Assembly (NCBI GenBank): GCA_964199315.1
Contig: OZ116702.1
Coordinates: forward strand, 16,802,001 to 16,866,000
Source: Orbicella franksi
Lineage: Eukaryota
DNA length: 64,000 bases
Direction of reading: 5' to 3'
The position numbers were made by a program, and so were the translations under genes. The notes below the pieces were generated by a model. That model had not been told where the DNA came from, did no database searches, and saw nothing but the letters and a program-made list of their open reading frames with translations. Of the stretch, positions 61,253-64,000 are shown in pieces (position 1 is the first letter of the stretch; each line of letters opens with the position of its first letter).

Positions 61253-63016
61253 ACTGGGGAAGGTACACTTCAAGAGATGTTTCTCATTCTTAGGAGAGTT
61301 GTGAAGGACAAAGTTGTTGAAAAAATGAAGGAGTCCAATTTTTTGGCTGCCTTGTTGACGAAGTGACGGACACTTCTATCCTTCAACAGTTCGTCACATT
61401 TGTTTAGTAAGTCCGTGAGGGGAAAAGTAGGACAGAGCTTTTACATACAGAACACCTGTCTGAAGTTACAGGTAAAGCACTAACAGGATCCCATGAAGGT
61501 GACCTGGAGAAATGTTCTCTTGGGATTTCAAAAATGAAGTCTTGTGTTTCTGATGGGGCTGCTGCAATGCTCGGGGTACATAATGGAATGGTTATGCACA
61601 TCCAAGAGAAAGTCCCTGACCTCATTAAAATGCACTGCGTTTGTCACCGGTTGGCATTGGCATGTGTTGTCATGTATAAAGAACTGTTGTGCTTGCAGAA
61701 TCAAGTGTGGAAATTTAACAAGTACTTTCGATAGAAAACAGCTATGTTAGTGATGGAACTTCTTAAGTTCCTTCAATCTGAGCAAATGGAGCAGGCCAGG
61801 CAGAGAGTAAAGAAAGCCAATAAAGCAGCAGCAACAAGACGGCTTTCACACAAGGCTTTGGTGGAAGCTATGAAGCAAGAGTATGCTGTTCATATTACTG
61901 TGTTAGACTTCTTCAATAAATCAGATGCAACAGCATGTGCCCTGTTGACCCACACCCAGAATCAAAAGTTTAGCGGTGCAATTTTATTTTACCTCCCCTG
62001 CTGATCCTCAGAAAAGCTTTTCAATTTGGGGAACTTACTTTTGATTCAATTCCTTCAGCAATTTCCACCTGCACAGCAAAGTTGGGTAATGTTGTGAGTG
62101 AAAAAGATCAAATCCTTGCCCAGTTAAACTGGGATATGGAGCAGAATAGCAAGTTTGGAATGATTGAGCTATCACCTAACGAGACAACTACACAGTTTCT
62201 GAGTCATCTCCACATTTCTTATGCAGAGAGTCTAAAGAAGAACATCTCTAATCATTCCCCTAATATTCCACTCAGCTGCTCACTCAGTCTTTGATTCAGC
62301 AGCTGTCAATGAAAGGATTTCTCCAGAGTTTCAAAAATATGGCAAAGGAAAGTTGACCAAACTTGCAGACCACTTCGCCTCTGCATTGGATATTGAAAGG
62401 TTAAAATCAGAATGGGATCACTTCAAGTTCATGGCTATAGAGATGAAGCAAGAGTACTCCACAATCAGCACACAACTCAAAACCACTCCAACTGAATGGC
62501 TTCTTTCAAAGTTGACACGATTTTAAGTCCTACAGCTTCATGTTCCCCAACCTTGTCACCCTGGGCAGAACTGGCTCCAGAGCATACCTGTCAGCAATGC
62601 CTGGCCTGAGAGAGGCACCAGTGCAGTTAAACACCATCAAAACAAGACTGAGAAACAGGCTCACAGACAAGATGCTCAACAGCTTGCTCCACTTGTCAAT
62701 CAATGCACCCCCTTCAAGCTCAGTTGACGTTTCTGCCATTATGCAAGGAGCATCAACCAGGTTTGTGGCAATGAAAGAGAGAAGGAAGCTACCTAGCAGA
62801 CAAGACGTGCAAAACATTGAAACGGAAGTTGGTATTGCAAGCATGGATCAGAGTCAATCTGTTAGGGTTGAACTGGAAGCAGCAGTCCAGGAACTTGAAG
62901 ATAAACTTGAGGTTGAAATGATGCATGCTGAACCGATTACTCTACTGATAAAGAATGTGCTTCTGCAGTTCTGTGATATTGGATGCAATTCAGCGAGCGA
63001 GCCAGATGCGACATGA
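61253..63016 (+). pseudogene. hAT transposase remnant (ZNF862-like)
   Basis: GCLVDEVTD; VSDGAAAMLG..MHCVCHRLALAC; TRRLS; hATC ..LNTIKTRLRNRLTDKMLNSLLHLSINAP. Confidence 0.85.
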
Positions 63017-63559
63017 AAGTTAAATCAGACAACATTAATTTTTTATATAGCATTCCCAGCAGAACATTTTGTCTATAACTAGTGCAAACACCGGTCATGT
63101 CAGATAACAGTGAAAGTGACAAACCATGTGGTTGCCACAAACTTTAAGTATACCAAAAACTGTGATAAGCTGTGTTTTGGAAAAGAGTTTTGTTATTGTT
63201 CAGATTCTCACAAATTAATTAATAGTCACTGAGTTAGCTCCTAGTCTCTGGATACCCCCATTAGGAGCTGACTAGCTTAATACTGATGTGTACAAAATTA
63301 ATGCCAGTAACTCAAAGTGCAAAGCATTGTGACTGCAGGTAAATATTTCAGTAAATATTACAATGTAAATTTCCCATTGGGATGGTGCAATTTCAACTTT
63401 TCTGTGTTGAAAGCCACCAAACAGATAATATTGTGTCAAAATGAAGGAGAATTCATTTCAGAGTACCTAAATTCAAATATTTCCCAGGAGAGCATGGCCC
63501 CCGACCCCCTAGATGGGACCCAAGCTACATGGCCTTCGGCCATACACTTCAATGTTTGC

Positions 63560-64000
63560 ATATACATTGCAATGCAACGGATGATCAAAATTCTACTCAG
63601 AATCCTGATGCTGCTACATCTGCCCTTTTTGACTACACAATTGCAAAGCTGAGTGAGATCAAGGAAAGAAAGCTGCCTATCATAGATTTAAGGAACCCCT
63701 CAGATGCCAGCCTGACACTCACAATAGAAGAACAGCTTTCAAGCCTTCTTGCCAGATTTATCAGGTCTCTTGAGGTGAACATCCATAGCCGGTTTGATGC
63801 TGCCTTACCAGTAGGGAGTGCTTTCTCTATCTTCGATCCATTGGCTTTTCCAAATCCTGAATGACCTGGCTTCAAAGACTATGGGGCAAATGAAGTGTAG
63901 ATCTTGGCTAGGCTTTTCTATTCAGACGACACTCGAGAGCATCAGCTAGTTGCTGAATAGGAGATGTTCAAACATGACTTAGCCAGTTGGAAACCTTCCA
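63560..64000 (+). pseudogene. Further hAT transposase fragment running off the window
   Basis: LARFIRSLEVNIHSRFDAALPVGSAFSIFDP..F.DYGANEV..L..LF..QLVAE*EMFKHDL. Confidence 0.6.

Overview
Eukaryotic, AT-rich, repeat-saturated window with no recognisable host gene. The repeat and protein families resemble those I recall from stony corals or other cnidarians; this is inference. Almost everything is a nested stack of mostly decayed transposons, and many junctions can be resolved to the base from TSDs and termini. (1) A 5-kb TTAA-flanked Kolobok-type DNA transposon (859-5827) encodes a spliced DDE transposase fused in frame to a DEDDh 3'-5' exonuclease. It is interrupted by a poly(A) retro-insert and sits inside a split hAT-like element. 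(2) Gypsy and Penelope fragments follow. (3) An Academ deletion derivative (11391-15027) has TAG..CTA long TIRs and a GTG TSD. (4) A full-length degenerate BEL/Pao LTR element (15703-23018, ATTCC TSD) is inserted into the GIY-YIG region of a Penelope element. (5) Tx1/L1-like and RTE LINEs and several hAT (ZNF862-like) remnants are present. (6) Three non-autonomous Kolobok elements cluster at 36-40.3 kb. (7) An unclassified long-TIR element carries a tRNA-derived fold-back repeat. (8) A structurally complete DIRS tyrosine-recombinase retrotransposon (46085-50834) retains its ITRs, ICR and ATT crossover core. (9) An ISL2EU/Harbinger-like element (about 56156-61250) has a second ORF reading SWIM-YqaJ-PHD-PHD-Ulp1 protease. 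The best candidates for unusual biology are the Kolobok-DEDDh fusion and the ISL2EU ORF2 domain set. All family assignments come from motif recognition by eye; no database search was run, and identities are visual estimates.
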